The position numbers and the translations under genes are program-made. A stretch of DNA of 64,000 bases from Patescibacteria group bacterium UBA6017 (GTDB taxonomy: Bacteria > Patescibacteriota > Saccharimonadia > UBA4664): positions 3,082 to 67,081 of the forward strand of contig DIZX01000002.1 of the NCBI GenBank assembly GCA_002429485.1, written 5' to 3'. Every line of letters begins with the position of its first letter. Position 1 is the first letter of the stretch. Under the pieces are notes generated by a model that was not told the DNA's origin, did no database searches, and saw nothing but the letters and a program-made list of their open reading frames with translations. Of the stretch, positions 17,247-26,007 are shown one piece after another.

Positions 17247-17593
17247 GGGGATGTGAACGAAATAAATAGTTTTGGGGCCTCACCTTGAGGCTGCGGAATT
17301 GAGAGTCTGATGACTGTTTGAGAGTGTTTACACCTCCAACCAGCCCAATCCCCCTCTCCAATCCGCATCGCAAAAGTGAACGGAAACATTTCGGCCTAGC
17401 TACTTCGGCGGCAGCCACAATGCATGTTCACGGCGATAACCTATCAAAAAACTATACTTGTTTTTGCACCGTCGAACTGTATTCGCGTGAGTTCCCTGAA
17501 CTCCGCCGCCGCCCAAATGGCAGGCCGTTCCGGTCAAAAACTCAAAATCACATAAAAAGGGTGGTCGCGTTCGCGTGACTACTTTCCCCACCA
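17247..17593 (+). ncRNA. Candidate structured ncRNA (~347 nt; tmRNA-like ends GGGG...CCCCACCA; identity unconfirmed)
   Basis: 650-bp ORF-free divergent region. 5' 'GGGGAUG' can pair with 3' 'UUUCCCC' just before ACCA. A UUCG-tetraloop hairpin lies at 17563-17580. A 12-bp terminator follows immediately. Confidence 0.25.
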
Positions 17594-17603
17594 AATGGAC
17601 ACG

Positions 17604-17643
17604 GGTCCCGCTTCCTCCTCGGAAGCGGGACCTCTCCCTTTTT
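17604..17643 (+). terminator. Rho-independent terminator (ggtcccgcttcc-tcctc-ggaagcgggacc + T5)
   Basis: Seen directly, 10 nt after the ACCA of the candidate ncRNA. Confidence 0.6.
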
Positions 17644-17733
17644 AATAACCTTTGGCGTTTTCTTGACATACCGCTGCATATCTGGGATTATCCACACGAC
17701 CCCCGTTCTTTGACCCGACCGCCGAGGAGAATC

Positions 17734-18480
17734 ATGACCGATTTTGTGCGAACCAAAGTTGACGAAAACCTTCGGCCGAAGCGGCCGAAGTTCCGCCTTT
17801 CCGGTGCAGTTGGATGGCTATTGTTCCCAGGAATTGACGCCGTGCTCGGCCCAACCCAGCGAGCAGACGGCAGCTTCCCCCTGCAGGTGCGGAGGCTGGC
17901 CAACGAGATCACGATCTTTCGAGGCGTGCTGATGCACCTAATGGCCGCCCTGTTTGCCTGGGCAGCCATTTGTCGCCAGACGGTATTCATGGTGATCATA
18001 TTGACCGTAGTCGCGGTGTTGTTCCTACTGGACGGGCTTGACGGAGAAGTTGCCCGCTACACGAAGGCTCAATCCCAATGGGGAGCGAGGTGGGATCCGA
18101 TATTCGACAAACTTGCCGGAATATCTCTGATGTTCTGGTGGCTCGTTTTGATCTACCACTTCGATCGCGGTCAGTTTGCCGTCTCGCTGTGGCTGGTGAT
18201 CGTACGAGCGTTTTTCGATCTGATTCTGGCAGTCATTGCCGAGATGGAGGATCGTCGCGATTTGAAACCCAAGGCTGGCCCCTGGGGCAAGATCAAGGCA
18301 ACGTTCGACGACTTTTCAATGCTTGCAGGCTATGCAGGTATAATCATCTATTCCTCGGGAGGTTCGGGGCATGATGCTATTTCGACTGGCCAGTGGCTAC
18401 TGCTTGCAGCCTGCACATTCGCTCCTCTGAGCATTTGGGAGCACTTGCGCAGTCTCTGGCGTCGGCGCCGCACTGCCTGA
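17734..18480 (+). CDS. CDP-alcohol phosphatidyltransferase family protein
   Basis: The motif 'DGLDGEVARYTKAQSQWGARWDPIFDKLAG' matches D-G-x2-A-R...G-x3-D-x3-D. ATG at 17734 with GAGGAGA at 17724-17730; the upstream part of the track ORF overlaps the terminator. Confidence 0.7.
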   Translation: MTDFVRTKVDENLRPKRPKFRLSGAVGWLLFPGIDAVLGPTQRADGSFPLQVRRLANEITIFRGVLMHLMAALFAWAAICRQTVFMVIILTVVAVLFLLDGLDGEVARYTKAQSQWGARWDPIFDKLAGISLMFWWLVLIYHFDRGQFAVSLWLVIVRAFFDLILAVIAEMEDRRDLKPKAGPWGKIKATFDDFSMLAGYAGIIIYSSGGSGHDAISTGQWLLLAACTFAPLSIWEHLRSLWRRRRTA

Positions 18481-18575
18481 AAATGGCAGGTACGGGGTCA
18501 AAGTGAATTGCCCGGTCCAGATAGTTGAACCGGGCAATTCACAAACCTAATTTTGAAACTATATGACGCTTACGA

Positions 18576-20465
18576 TTATTGGAGCACGGCTTTGATGCGG
18601 CGAATGCCCGCTGAGCTGGACTCCTCTTTTTTGATCTTAAACTTCTTGTCGTGTTCGGCGAGGGCACCGGTGTGCTCAACGTGGGGGCCGCCGCAAATTT
18701 CTTTGGAGTACCACTCCCCTTTCGGATCACCAGCCGTATAAACCTTCACTGAGTCGCCGTATTTATCGCCAAACGCGCCCAGGGCGCCTTCTTTGAAGGC
18801 CTGCTCGGTTGGGATTTCTCGAAAACCCATGGGCCAATCCTTGGCGATGTTTTCATTAACGATTTTTTCAACTTCGGCGATTTGCTCCGGCGTCATTTTT
18901 TCGCCGTGACTAAAATCGAACCGGAGGCGTTCTGGAGTAATGTTAGAACCGCGCTGAATCACGTGGTCACCGAGGACCAGTCGCAGGGCCTTGTACATGA
19001 GGTGCGTGGCGGTGTGGTATTTGACGCTGATGTCGGAATGGTCGGCGAGACCGCCTTTGAATTGCCCGACGGTGGCGGTGCGGCTACGCTCTTTTTGCTC
19101 TTTGAGCAGTTTGTCGAAATCTTTTTTCCAGTCGGGGTCAACTTTGACCTGCTTGTCTCTGGCTTCTTCGAGCGAGAGCTCGGACGGGAAGCCATAGGTA
19201 TCGAACAGGGTGAAGATAATTTCTCCGGTGAGAGTGCTGTCACCAATTGTCATTTTAACGAACTCTTTAACCCCACGTTCAAGTGTCTTTCGAAACTGCT
19301 TTTCCTCCTGAACGAGAGTATGAATAATCGACTGCTCGCGGGCGGCAACTTCCGGGAAATCATCGCGATAGATCTCGGTAATTACGGGAACTACCAGTTC
19401 GAGGAAGTCCTCACGAAGATCGAGTGCCAGTGCCTGGCGGATGGCGCGACGCAGGAACCGGCGCATCACGTACCCCTGATCGGTATTGCTGGGCACCACC
19501 CCATCGACGGCCAGGAAAACGGCGGCCTTGAGATGGTCGGTGATGATACGCATGGCGACTTGGTTGTCGGAGTAGCTTCGACCAGAAAGCGCCTCAAGTT
19601 TTTGGATTACCGGATAATGTAGGCTGATCTTGAAGACGTCAGGATCGTTAATGGCGGCGGCAGCGATGCGCTCGAGGCCGGAACCGTGGTCGATATTAGG
19701 GGCTTTTAAGGGCTCGAATTTGCCGTCTGCAACCTTTTTGTAGGCCATGAAGACGTTATTGCCGAGCTCCACGAAGCGGCCGCAATCGCAGTTGGGATGA
19801 CAATGCGCGCCCCATTTGGGGTCGTGCTTGGTGCCAAAATCGTAGAACATCTCGGAATCGGGGCCGCAGGGGTCGCCAATGGGGGTGGTTTCGGGCCGGC
19901 CGTTGCGGCTCCACCAATTCTTGGAGCCGTCGTAGTAAAAAATACGCTCACCGGACTTCATGCCGCGCCTGTAGCCATCGGCCTCAGGGCCGATTTCGGC
20001 AACGCCGGCATCAATCCCCTTTTGCTTGAAGAGGCCCTGCCAGATCTTGGCGGCTTCGGTATCTTTGGGAATATCGTACTCGGGTGCACCAATAAAGCAG
20101 GTAATGTAGAGCTTCTTGGGGTCTAGCCCGACAATTTCGGTGAGAAATTCAAACATCCAGGGAACCTGCTCGCTCTTGAAGTAATCCCCGAGACTCCAGT
20201 TTCCAAGCATTTCGAAGGCGGTAGTGTGGCGGTTGTCGCCGACCTCGTCGATGTCATCGGCGCGGAAACAAACCTGACTGTCGACCAGCCGAACTCCGTC
20301 CGGATGGGTTTCGCCGAGCAGATACGGAATCATGGGCTGCATACCGGAGCCGGTAAACAAAGTGGTGGCGTCTTCGCGCGGCACCAGATTGGCGCGCGGA
20401 ATAACGGCGTGGCCGCGGTCGGCGAAGAATTTGAGATAAGCGGTGCGGATTTCGTTGGTGGTCAT
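18576..20465 (-). CDS. alaS: Alanyl-tRNA synthetase, short form (catalytic + tRNA-recognition + editing domains, no C-Ala domain)
   Basis: 'TTNEIRTAYLKFFADRGH' is the AlaRS N-terminus; 'KEICGGPHVEHTG' is the editing-domain zinc motif; the protein ends at '...GIRRIKAVLQ'. The internal ATG at 20465 gives 629 aa. Confidence 0.85.
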   Translation of the reverse strand: MTTNEIRTAYLKFFADRGHAVIPRANLVPREDATTLFTGSGMQPMIPYLLGETHPDGVRLVDSQVCFRADDIDEVGDNRHTTAFEMLGNWSLGDYFKSEQVPWMFEFLTEIVGLDPKKLYITCFIGAPEYDIPKDTEAAKIWQGLFKQKGIDAGVAEIGPEADGYRRGMKSGERIFYYDGSKNWWSRNGRPETTPIGDPCGPDSEMFYDFGTKHDPKWGAHCHPNCDCGRFVELGNNVFMAYKKVADGKFEPLKAPNIDHGSGLERIAAAAINDPDVFKISLHYPVIQKLEALSGRSYSDNQVAMRIITDHLKAAVFLAVDGVVPSNTDQGYVMRRFLRRAIRQALALDLREDFLELVVPVITEIYRDDFPEVAAREQSIIHTLVQEEKQFRKTLERGVKEFVKMTIGDSTLTGEIIFTLFDTYGFPSELSLEEARDKQVKVDPDWKKDFDKLLKEQKERSRTATVGQFKGGLADHSDISVKYHTATHLMYKALRLVLGDHVIQRGSNITPERLRFDFSHGEKMTPEQIAEVEKIVNENIAKDWPMGFREIPTEQAFKEGALGAFGDKYGDSVKVYTAGDPKGEWYSKEICGGPHVEHTGALAEHDKKFKIKKEESSSAGIRRIKAVLQ

Positions 20466-20614
20466 GGGGGGTATTGTAGGTGATTTTGAACAATAATTGT
20501 ACCCTGTGGCGATTTTGCTCAGAGAAAAGCGGTCCATCGATGTGCCGATAGGCCGCTGATCCCATTTTGCTGGGGGAGCTTTGGACGTGCTCCTGATCGG
20601 CAATGTAAGCCTCC

Positions 20615-21037
20615 TTAGCTGGCTTGGGACATTTGGTGTTCGGCGGGTGATTCGACACGGCGATTGATTTGAGCCGTCAAGAACGAATCAATTTGCTGGA
20701 ATGCAACCGTGTCAGCCCCTAACAGGAAATTGCGGCCTATTTCGGTCATTAGCCGATGTAGTTGGGCGCAGCGGTTGGGGTCAAATTGCGCAGGCAGCTG
20801 TCGCCGCATCCGGTTTTCAACCTTGATCGCATTATCCTTCTTCCTGTCTCTCCCCGACGTTGCGGCGTTATGCATCACAGCATTGAGCCATTTCGCGACG
20901 GCCGTGATTTCCGACTGGAGTTTGCCAGTGGGCAATACGGCCGAGTGGTCCTTGATGGACGCCCTCAACCGCGGGTCGTTACTGAAAAGTTCGCTAAACA
21001 TCCTCTCCAGTATATCGGCGCTTGGGTGTGTGATCAT
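20615..21037 (-). CDS. Hypothetical helical protein (140 aa), co-directional between GGDEF and alaS
   Basis: ORF only; no recognisable motif. Confidence 0.35.
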   Translation of the reverse strand: MITHPSADILERMFSELFSNDPRLRASIKDHSAVLPTGKLQSEITAVAKWLNAVMHNAATSGRDRKKDNAIKVENRMRRQLPAQFDPNRCAQLHRLMTEIGRNFLLGADTVAFQQIDSFLTAQINRRVESPAEHQMSQAS

Positions 21038-21123
21038 GGGGTCACCCCCTCTCCAAAACTAGTAGGTACAAAATGGGCCTACGAAGCGTAGCTCACGGAT
21101 CGGCGCAATAGCAACGGACATAT

Positions 21124-21903
21124 TTACAGGGGGGCGTTGAGCTGCTGTTCCATTAGTAGCTTCTGCTTCTTTTGCCACTGCTTGTGGGCGTACATCCTGT
21201 CGTCGGCTTGTTTGATGAAATCACCAATATTTGTTCCGGGGGGATCCTTGGCGAAGGCCGCGCGCTCTTCATCTGTAAGCGGCCGGAGCTGCCCGGTTCC
21301 GACGCCAAACGCTACCGTGTCCGGTGGCTGAACGCCTTCGGGGTAGCCGCCCCGTGGGGTTGGCTTCGGTTGAGCTAACTCGGAGTCGGTAAATTTCGCC
21401 AACATTGCTTCGCCGTACTGTTCCAGCTCCGAGGGTGACATGTCGTCGCCGTCATACACCACAATCAATAATTCATCGCCACCAAGCCGGACGAGGTCGT
21501 CGGAAGATCGAACGAGCCCCCTTAATTCATCTGAGACCCGCACGAGCAATTTATCGCCTTCGGAGTGCCCATAAGTGTCATTCGTCTGCTTGAGCCCGGT
21601 GACATCGGCAAAAATAACTGCGACAACCTGGGAATTCGGAACAGGTCGGCGGTCATCGCTCCCGGACATGCCGGACATACCGAATATGCCATCAATTTTC
21701 TTCATAAATGCGTCTTTGGTGAGGAACCCGGTAAGTGAGTCGATACCGGCCTGCTCCAGGGCTTCGGAGAGCTGCTTGTTCTCGCCGATCATGTGGTCGA
21801 CGGCTTCCTCGTCGGTCGGATCCGGGTCAGCTGGGGGCAAGTCCATAAAAGCTCCAGAGAATGCTTGCTGCTCGGGGTCGGGGATGTTTTGGAATTCTGA
21901 CAT
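21124..21903 (-). CDS. GGDEF-domain protein (diguanylate cyclase-like, GGDEL variant) with an acidic N-terminal region
   Basis: 'DSLTGFLTKDAF', 'VIFADVTGLKQTNDTYGHSEGDKLL', 'RLGGDELLIV'. Confidence 0.7.
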   Translation of the reverse strand: MSEFQNIPDPEQQAFSGAFMDLPPADPDPTDEEAVDHMIGENKQLSEALEQAGIDSLTGFLTKDAFMKKIDGIFGMSGMSGSDDRRPVPNSQVVAVIFADVTGLKQTNDTYGHSEGDKLLVRVSDELRGLVRSSDDLVRLGGDELLIVVYDGDDMSPSELEQYGEAMLAKFTDSELAQPKPTPRGGYPEGVQPPDTVAFGVGTGQLRPLTDEERAAFAKDPPGTNIGDFIKQADDRMYAHKQWQKKQKLLMEQQLNAPL

Positions 21904-21936
21904 AGCCAGATTATAACATCCGCCGAGATTAAGAGA

Positions 21937-22968
21937 CTAGATGATAATGCCGCCGCCAAGTACCACTTCACTATCGTAGACGACAACCGATTGACCGGCA
22001 GTAATGGCGCGCTCGGGACGCACGAGGGTAACATCCCCGGAGGAATCGATGCGACCGTCGATCAGCTCGGCGCGGTGGCGGCTGCGGAATTGATATACCT
22101 GCGTAGCGGACGGCGGACGGGAGATCCAGTGCAGCTGATCGAGTATGAAATGATCGGCCTCTAGGTCGAGGTCAGAGGGATCGTCGGTGACATAGACGGT
22201 ATTGGTGGCCATACCTTTGCCCGTGACATAATACGGGCCGCCCCCGCCGATGCCCAAGCCCTGCCGCTGGCCGATCGTGTAGAACACGGCTCCTTGGTGC
22301 TCGCCCAGCTGGCGGCCCGTAGTGCGGTCGAGGATGGGTCCCGGAGAGGCCGAAATGTATTGGCTGAGGAATTCGCGGATGCCAACCTCGCCCACGAAAC
22401 AAATGCCCTGCGAATCGGGCTTGGCGGCAGTAGGCAGCCCCAGCTCGGCGGCGAGGCGGCGCACCTCGGGTTTGGTGAGTTCTCCGAGCGGGAAGACGGT
22501 TTGCTCGAGAGCCTCTGACGTGACACGGTATAAAAAGTAGGTCTGGTCCTTATTGACATCGCTGGCGGTAAGCAGCCGACCGCCCGAGGTGCGGGCATAG
22601 TGGCCGGTAGCAATGAGGTCGGCGCCATCGGCCAGGGCCGCCTTCAGGAAAAGCTTAAACTTAATCTCCTGGTTACACATAATATCGGGGTTGGGGGTAC
22701 GGCCGGCCTGATATTCGGCCACCATCACGTCAACAACATGCTGCTTATATTCGGCCTGGAAGCCGAAGACCTTGAAGGGAATATCGATAACGGCGGCGGC
22801 GGCGCGGGCGTCGGCCAGATCCTGCTTCCATGGGCAGGCCACACCGGCAATGTCGGCGGTCCAGTTTTTCATATATACGCCCACGACATGATAGCCCTGC
22901 CGCTTCAGCAAGGCTGCTGCCACCGAGGAGTCTACTCCCCCGCTCATTCCGACGTAGATGGTTTTCAT
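21937..22968 (-). CDS. mnmA: tRNA-specific 2-thiouridylase MnmA
   Basis: 'VGMSGGVDSSVAA' is a PP-loop; 'GHYAR', 'CFVGE'. Confidence 0.85.
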   Translation of the reverse strand: MKTIYVGMSGGVDSSVAAALLKRQGYHVVGVYMKNWTADIAGVACPWKQDLADARAAAAVIDIPFKVFGFQAEYKQHVVDVMVAEYQAGRTPNPDIMCNQEIKFKLFLKAALADGADLIATGHYARTSGGRLLTASDVNKDQTYFLYRVTSEALEQTVFPLGELTKPEVRRLAAELGLPTAAKPDSQGICFVGEVGIREFLSQYISASPGPILDRTTGRQLGEHQGAVFYTIGQRQGLGIGGGGPYYVTGKGMATNTVYVTDDPSDLDLEADHFILDQLHWISRPPSATQVYQFRSRHRAELIDGRIDSSGDVTLVRPERAITAGQSVVVYDSEVVLGGGIII

Positions 22969-23114
22969 AGCTGGGCAATCTTACAGAGTTTCGCGTGGTT
23001 AGTAAACTGCATGGATAACTTTTCTTTTAAGGTAAGAGGTTCTGTGGTGTCTCGAAGTTTTTGCGTAATTGTGGACTTGTATTTTTTCCTGGGGACGTGC
23101 GCATAGGGAGGGTA

Positions 23115-23208
23115 TGCCCATAATGGGACATGGCTTAAAAGCGCTCTGAATCGTGGCTTCAGAAAAGCAAAATTCATCCACAATATTTTGCGTGTCCCAT
23201 TATGGGCA
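23115..23208. repeat. 16-bp perfect inverted repeat (tgcccataatgggaca ... tgtcccattatgggca) enclosing a 62-nt structured spacer
   Basis: Seen directly. Each arm is itself near-palindromic (CCCAT[A/T]ATGGG). The spacer contains 'tctgaa...ttcaga'. Confidence 0.5.
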
Positions 23209-23246
23209 GGTCCTGAAGGTGCGTTGCCAGCGAAAAAGATAACTTT

Positions 23247-24215
23247 CTAGTCCGTGAAGTCCTGAGTCACCATGAGACCGTAAGGTCCGCCGTCGACGAT
23301 GCCGATGCCGACGGTGCGGTAGTTGGGCGAGAGGATATTGGCGCGGTGGCCGGGCGAGTTCATGAGACCGGTGTGGGCCAGCTGCAGCGTGGGCGCCAGA
23401 GCCAGGTTTTCGCCCGCACTGCCGTACTGCACACCGCCGGCTTTCATGCGATCGAAGGGATTCTTGCCTTCGGGATTTATGTGCGAAAAGTAGCCCCGAG
23501 CGAACATGTCAGCGGAGTAATTTCGAGCGACCGCACGGGTTTTGAGGTTGAGGGTGAGCGCCGACAGACCGCGGGTGGTTCGCTCGTGATTGAGCAGCAC
23601 CAGCATGGCAGCCTCATCTTTGGCATCGACCGACACGTTTGTGGTGGTAAATCCAAGGTCGATGCGCTTTTCGCTTTCGGGGTCGGAGGTGATCGTGAAG
23701 AAACTCAGGCTGTCGCTCAGGTCTCCGCCGATACCGCTGGCTATTTTGGACGACAGATTGCCGCTGGATGCCAATAACTGCTTGGCGACGAACGCCTGAG
23801 TGACGGAGTTCTTGGTGTTTGGTGTGAGGGGCAAACCGGAATATATGGCGAGGCCGAGAGTGATTATGGCTGCAGTTTTCAGCACATTAAGTAATGACCC
23901 GCCAATACGATTGATCACGGAGAGTTGGACCTGCCGAGTGAGATGAGGTAGGAGTACGAACCTTATGATTAGTGCGCAGGTGACCTCGGTGGCCACCCAA
24001 ACCACGACAAAACCGGCGATATTACTCAAAGACACCGTGATGTGCGCGAGTGATTTCAGGAGTGTGCCTACCTGGTGATACACCGATAGCGCGAGGATGG
24101 TCGCGATCGCAAAACTGACGAGCTCAAGCCCAATAAGAACCATCCCCCGCTTGCTGCCCGAAAAGGCCGAAAAGATTAATGCGACGATAAGAATCAGACT
24201 GATGATTATGCTCAC
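23247..24215 (-). CDS. CvpA-like membrane domain fused to a CAP/SCP (PR-1-like) domain
   Basis: Four N-terminal TM helices (CvpA-like); the C-terminus 'GYFSHINPEGKNPFDRM...GENLA...HRANILSPNY' is CAP-family. Confidence 0.6.
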   Translation of the reverse strand: MSIIISLILIVALIFSAFSGSKRGMVLIGLELVSFAIATILALSVYHQVGTLLKSLAHITVSLSNIAGFVVVWVATEVTCALIIRFVLLPHLTRQVQLSVINRIGGSLLNVLKTAAIITLGLAIYSGLPLTPNTKNSVTQAFVAKQLLASSGNLSSKIASGIGGDLSDSLSFFTITSDPESEKRIDLGFTTTNVSVDAKDEAAMLVLLNHERTTRGLSALTLNLKTRAVARNYSADMFARGYFSHINPEGKNPFDRMKAGGVQYGSAGENLALAPTLQLAHTGLMNSPGHRANILSPNYRTVGIGIVDGGPYGLMVTQDFTD

Positions 24216-24805
24216 TTGGGCTGACCGCTGGCGATTTCGTAGACGACTTTTTGCAGCTCCTCAAAGGTGATCGCCCGGCTTTCGGCCGTTGCCCACCAGT
24301 GTGACCGCCGCCACTGCGCGTCGAAAGATGAATGATTGATGATCGGAAAATTCTGCCCGAGCGCGTGCTGGAAGGTCAAACTGGCGCGCCGCTGATGGTA
24401 GGGTGACGTTACGAGGATGATCGAGTGGATGCTCTCGTTGGCAACGATTTTGGCGACTCCGGCCGCGTTGCCGCGAGTGTTGGTGGCCAACTCGTCGAGA
24501 AAGACAGCCGTCGGCGGGACACCGGCAGCGATGGCGGTTCGGGCCATGGTCTGAGCATTCGACGGCCCGTTGGGGTCGGCGGCCGCACCGGAGAAAATAA
24601 TCACCGGAGACAGACCGTCTTTATAAAGTTTTATGGCTTCGGCGGTGCGGGCGTCAGTTTCCCCGCCCGAAATCGCCACAATGGCATCGGATTTGGCGAG
24701 AGGGTCTTGAGGCGAGAGATAATATCCGACACCAAAGAAAAAAGCGGCCGCCAACCCAGCGCTCACTCCACCCAACACTAATAGCACAACGAAAAACCGC
24801 TTCAT
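24212..24805 (-). CDS. DUF218/YdcF (ElyC/SanA-like) family protein, membrane-anchored
   Basis: Signal/TM, then 'AIVAISGGETDARTAEAIKLYKDGLSPVIIFSG'. Confidence 0.6.
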   Translation of the reverse strand: MKRFFVVLLVLGGVSAGLAAAFFFGVGYYLSPQDPLAKSDAIVAISGGETDARTAEAIKLYKDGLSPVIIFSGAAADPNGPSNAQTMARTAIAAGVPPTAVFLDELATNTRGNAAGVAKIVANESIHSIILVTSPYHQRRASLTFQHALGQNFPIINHSSFDAQWRRSHWWATAESRAITFEELQKVVYEIASGQPK

Positions 24806-24825
24806 ATGTTTGTATTATAGCAAAA

Positions 24826-26007
24826 TTAGAGCGTACGGAGGCGGTGGATAATTCCGGGAAGTGTCTCGATGACCTTATCGACGGCAGCTTGATCAGTGGA
24901 ACGGCCGAGGGTTAGACGCAGCGAAGAATTGGCCTCATCGGGAGTACGACCAATGGCAATCAAAACGTGAGAAGGGTCGAGACTGCCGGTGGAGCAGGCG
25001 GAACCGGTGGAGGCCAGGATGCCGGCATTATCGAGATAAAGCACCAGGCCCTCGCCCTCCGCCCCGGGAATGGTGAAGTTGACGTTATTGGGGAGGCGGC
25101 GGCTGGGATGGCCGTTGAGGATAGCGTCGGGGATGGCGGCTTGGATACCCCGGATGAGTTGGTCACGCAGGGGGGCAAGGCGATAAAATTCGGCGTCGCG
25201 GGTGGTGGCGGCCAGCTTCAAAGCGGCGCCCAATCCCACTACGCCGGCGACGTTTTCGGTGCCGCTACGGCGGCCGCGCTCTTGGCCGCCGCCGTAGATG
25301 AGCGGCTCAATGGTCGTGCCGTGGCGCACGTAAAGGGCGCCGGTGCCTTTGGGGCCGTAGATTTTGGAGCCGTTGAGGGTGAGTAGGTCGACGCCGAGGC
25401 GGGAGACCGACAAATTGATGTAGTTGGCGGCCTGAACGGCATCGGTATGGAGGTAGAGCGGGAGCTTAATATCTCGTTTAGCCCGGTCGGCTTGCACGTC
25501 GGCCACTAGCTTGGCGAGGTCGGGAATCGGCTGGATGGTGCCGATTTCGTTGTTGGCCAGCATAACGCTGATGAGTACAGTGCGGTCGGATATGGCGGAC
25601 GCAATGGCGGCTACGTCGACTACGCCGTCGGGCTTCACGGGTACGACCGCAGCTTCATGGCCATCCCGCTTTAATGGCTCCACGCAGCCCAGAACAGCAT
25701 CATGCTCGATGGCAGTGGCAACCCAGTGTGCCCCCGGGTGCGCCCGCAAGACACCCTGGACGGCCAGGTTATCACCCTCGGTGCCGCCGCTCGTGAAGAT
25801 GATCTCGGTAGTTTTGGCGCCAAGAAAATCGGCGACCGTGGCCCGGGCACCCTCAACCGCCAACCTGGTCACGCGGGCAGCCGAATAGAGACTAGAGGGG
25901 TTTGCGAATTGGTCCTCCCGGTATGGGCGCATGGCTTCAAGCACCGCTGGGTCTATCGGCGTAGCGGCGGCGTGATCGAGATAAATGGGGACGATAACTT
26001 TAGTCAT
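24826..26007 (-). CDS. iscS: Cysteine desulfurase (NifS/IscS class-V aminotransferase)
   Basis: 'IYLDHAAATP', 'SGGTEGDNLA'; 'SKIYGPKG' carries the PLP lysine; 'GSACSTGSLDPSHVL' carries the active Cys. Confidence 0.85.
   Translation of the reverse strand: MTKVIVPIYLDHAAATPIDPAVLEAMRPYREDQFANPSSLYSAARVTRLAVEGARATVADFLGAKTTEIIFTSGGTEGDNLAVQGVLRAHPGAHWVATAIEHDAVLGCVEPLKRDGHEAAVVPVKPDGVVDVAAIASAISDRTVLISVMLANNEIGTIQPIPDLAKLVADVQADRAKRDIKLPLYLHTDAVQAANYINLSVSRLGVDLLTLNGSKIYGPKGTGALYVRHGTTIEPLIYGGGQERGRRSGTENVAGVVGLGAALKLAATTRDAEFYRLAPLRDQLIRGIQAAIPDAILNGHPSRRLPNNVNFTIPGAEGEGLVLYLDNAGILASTGSACSTGSLDPSHVLIAIGRTPDEANSSLRLTLGRSTDQAAVDKVIETLPGIIHRLRTL

Noticed and set aside
17247-17593. Firm call of the candidate ncRNA as tmRNA
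   Set aside because: Only the end features fit (GGGG 5' end, CCCCACCA 3' end, length, terminator). A canonical T-arm, the GGAUUCGAC 5' box and a recognisable tag-peptide ORF were not found, so it is kept as an unclassified ncRNA candidate.
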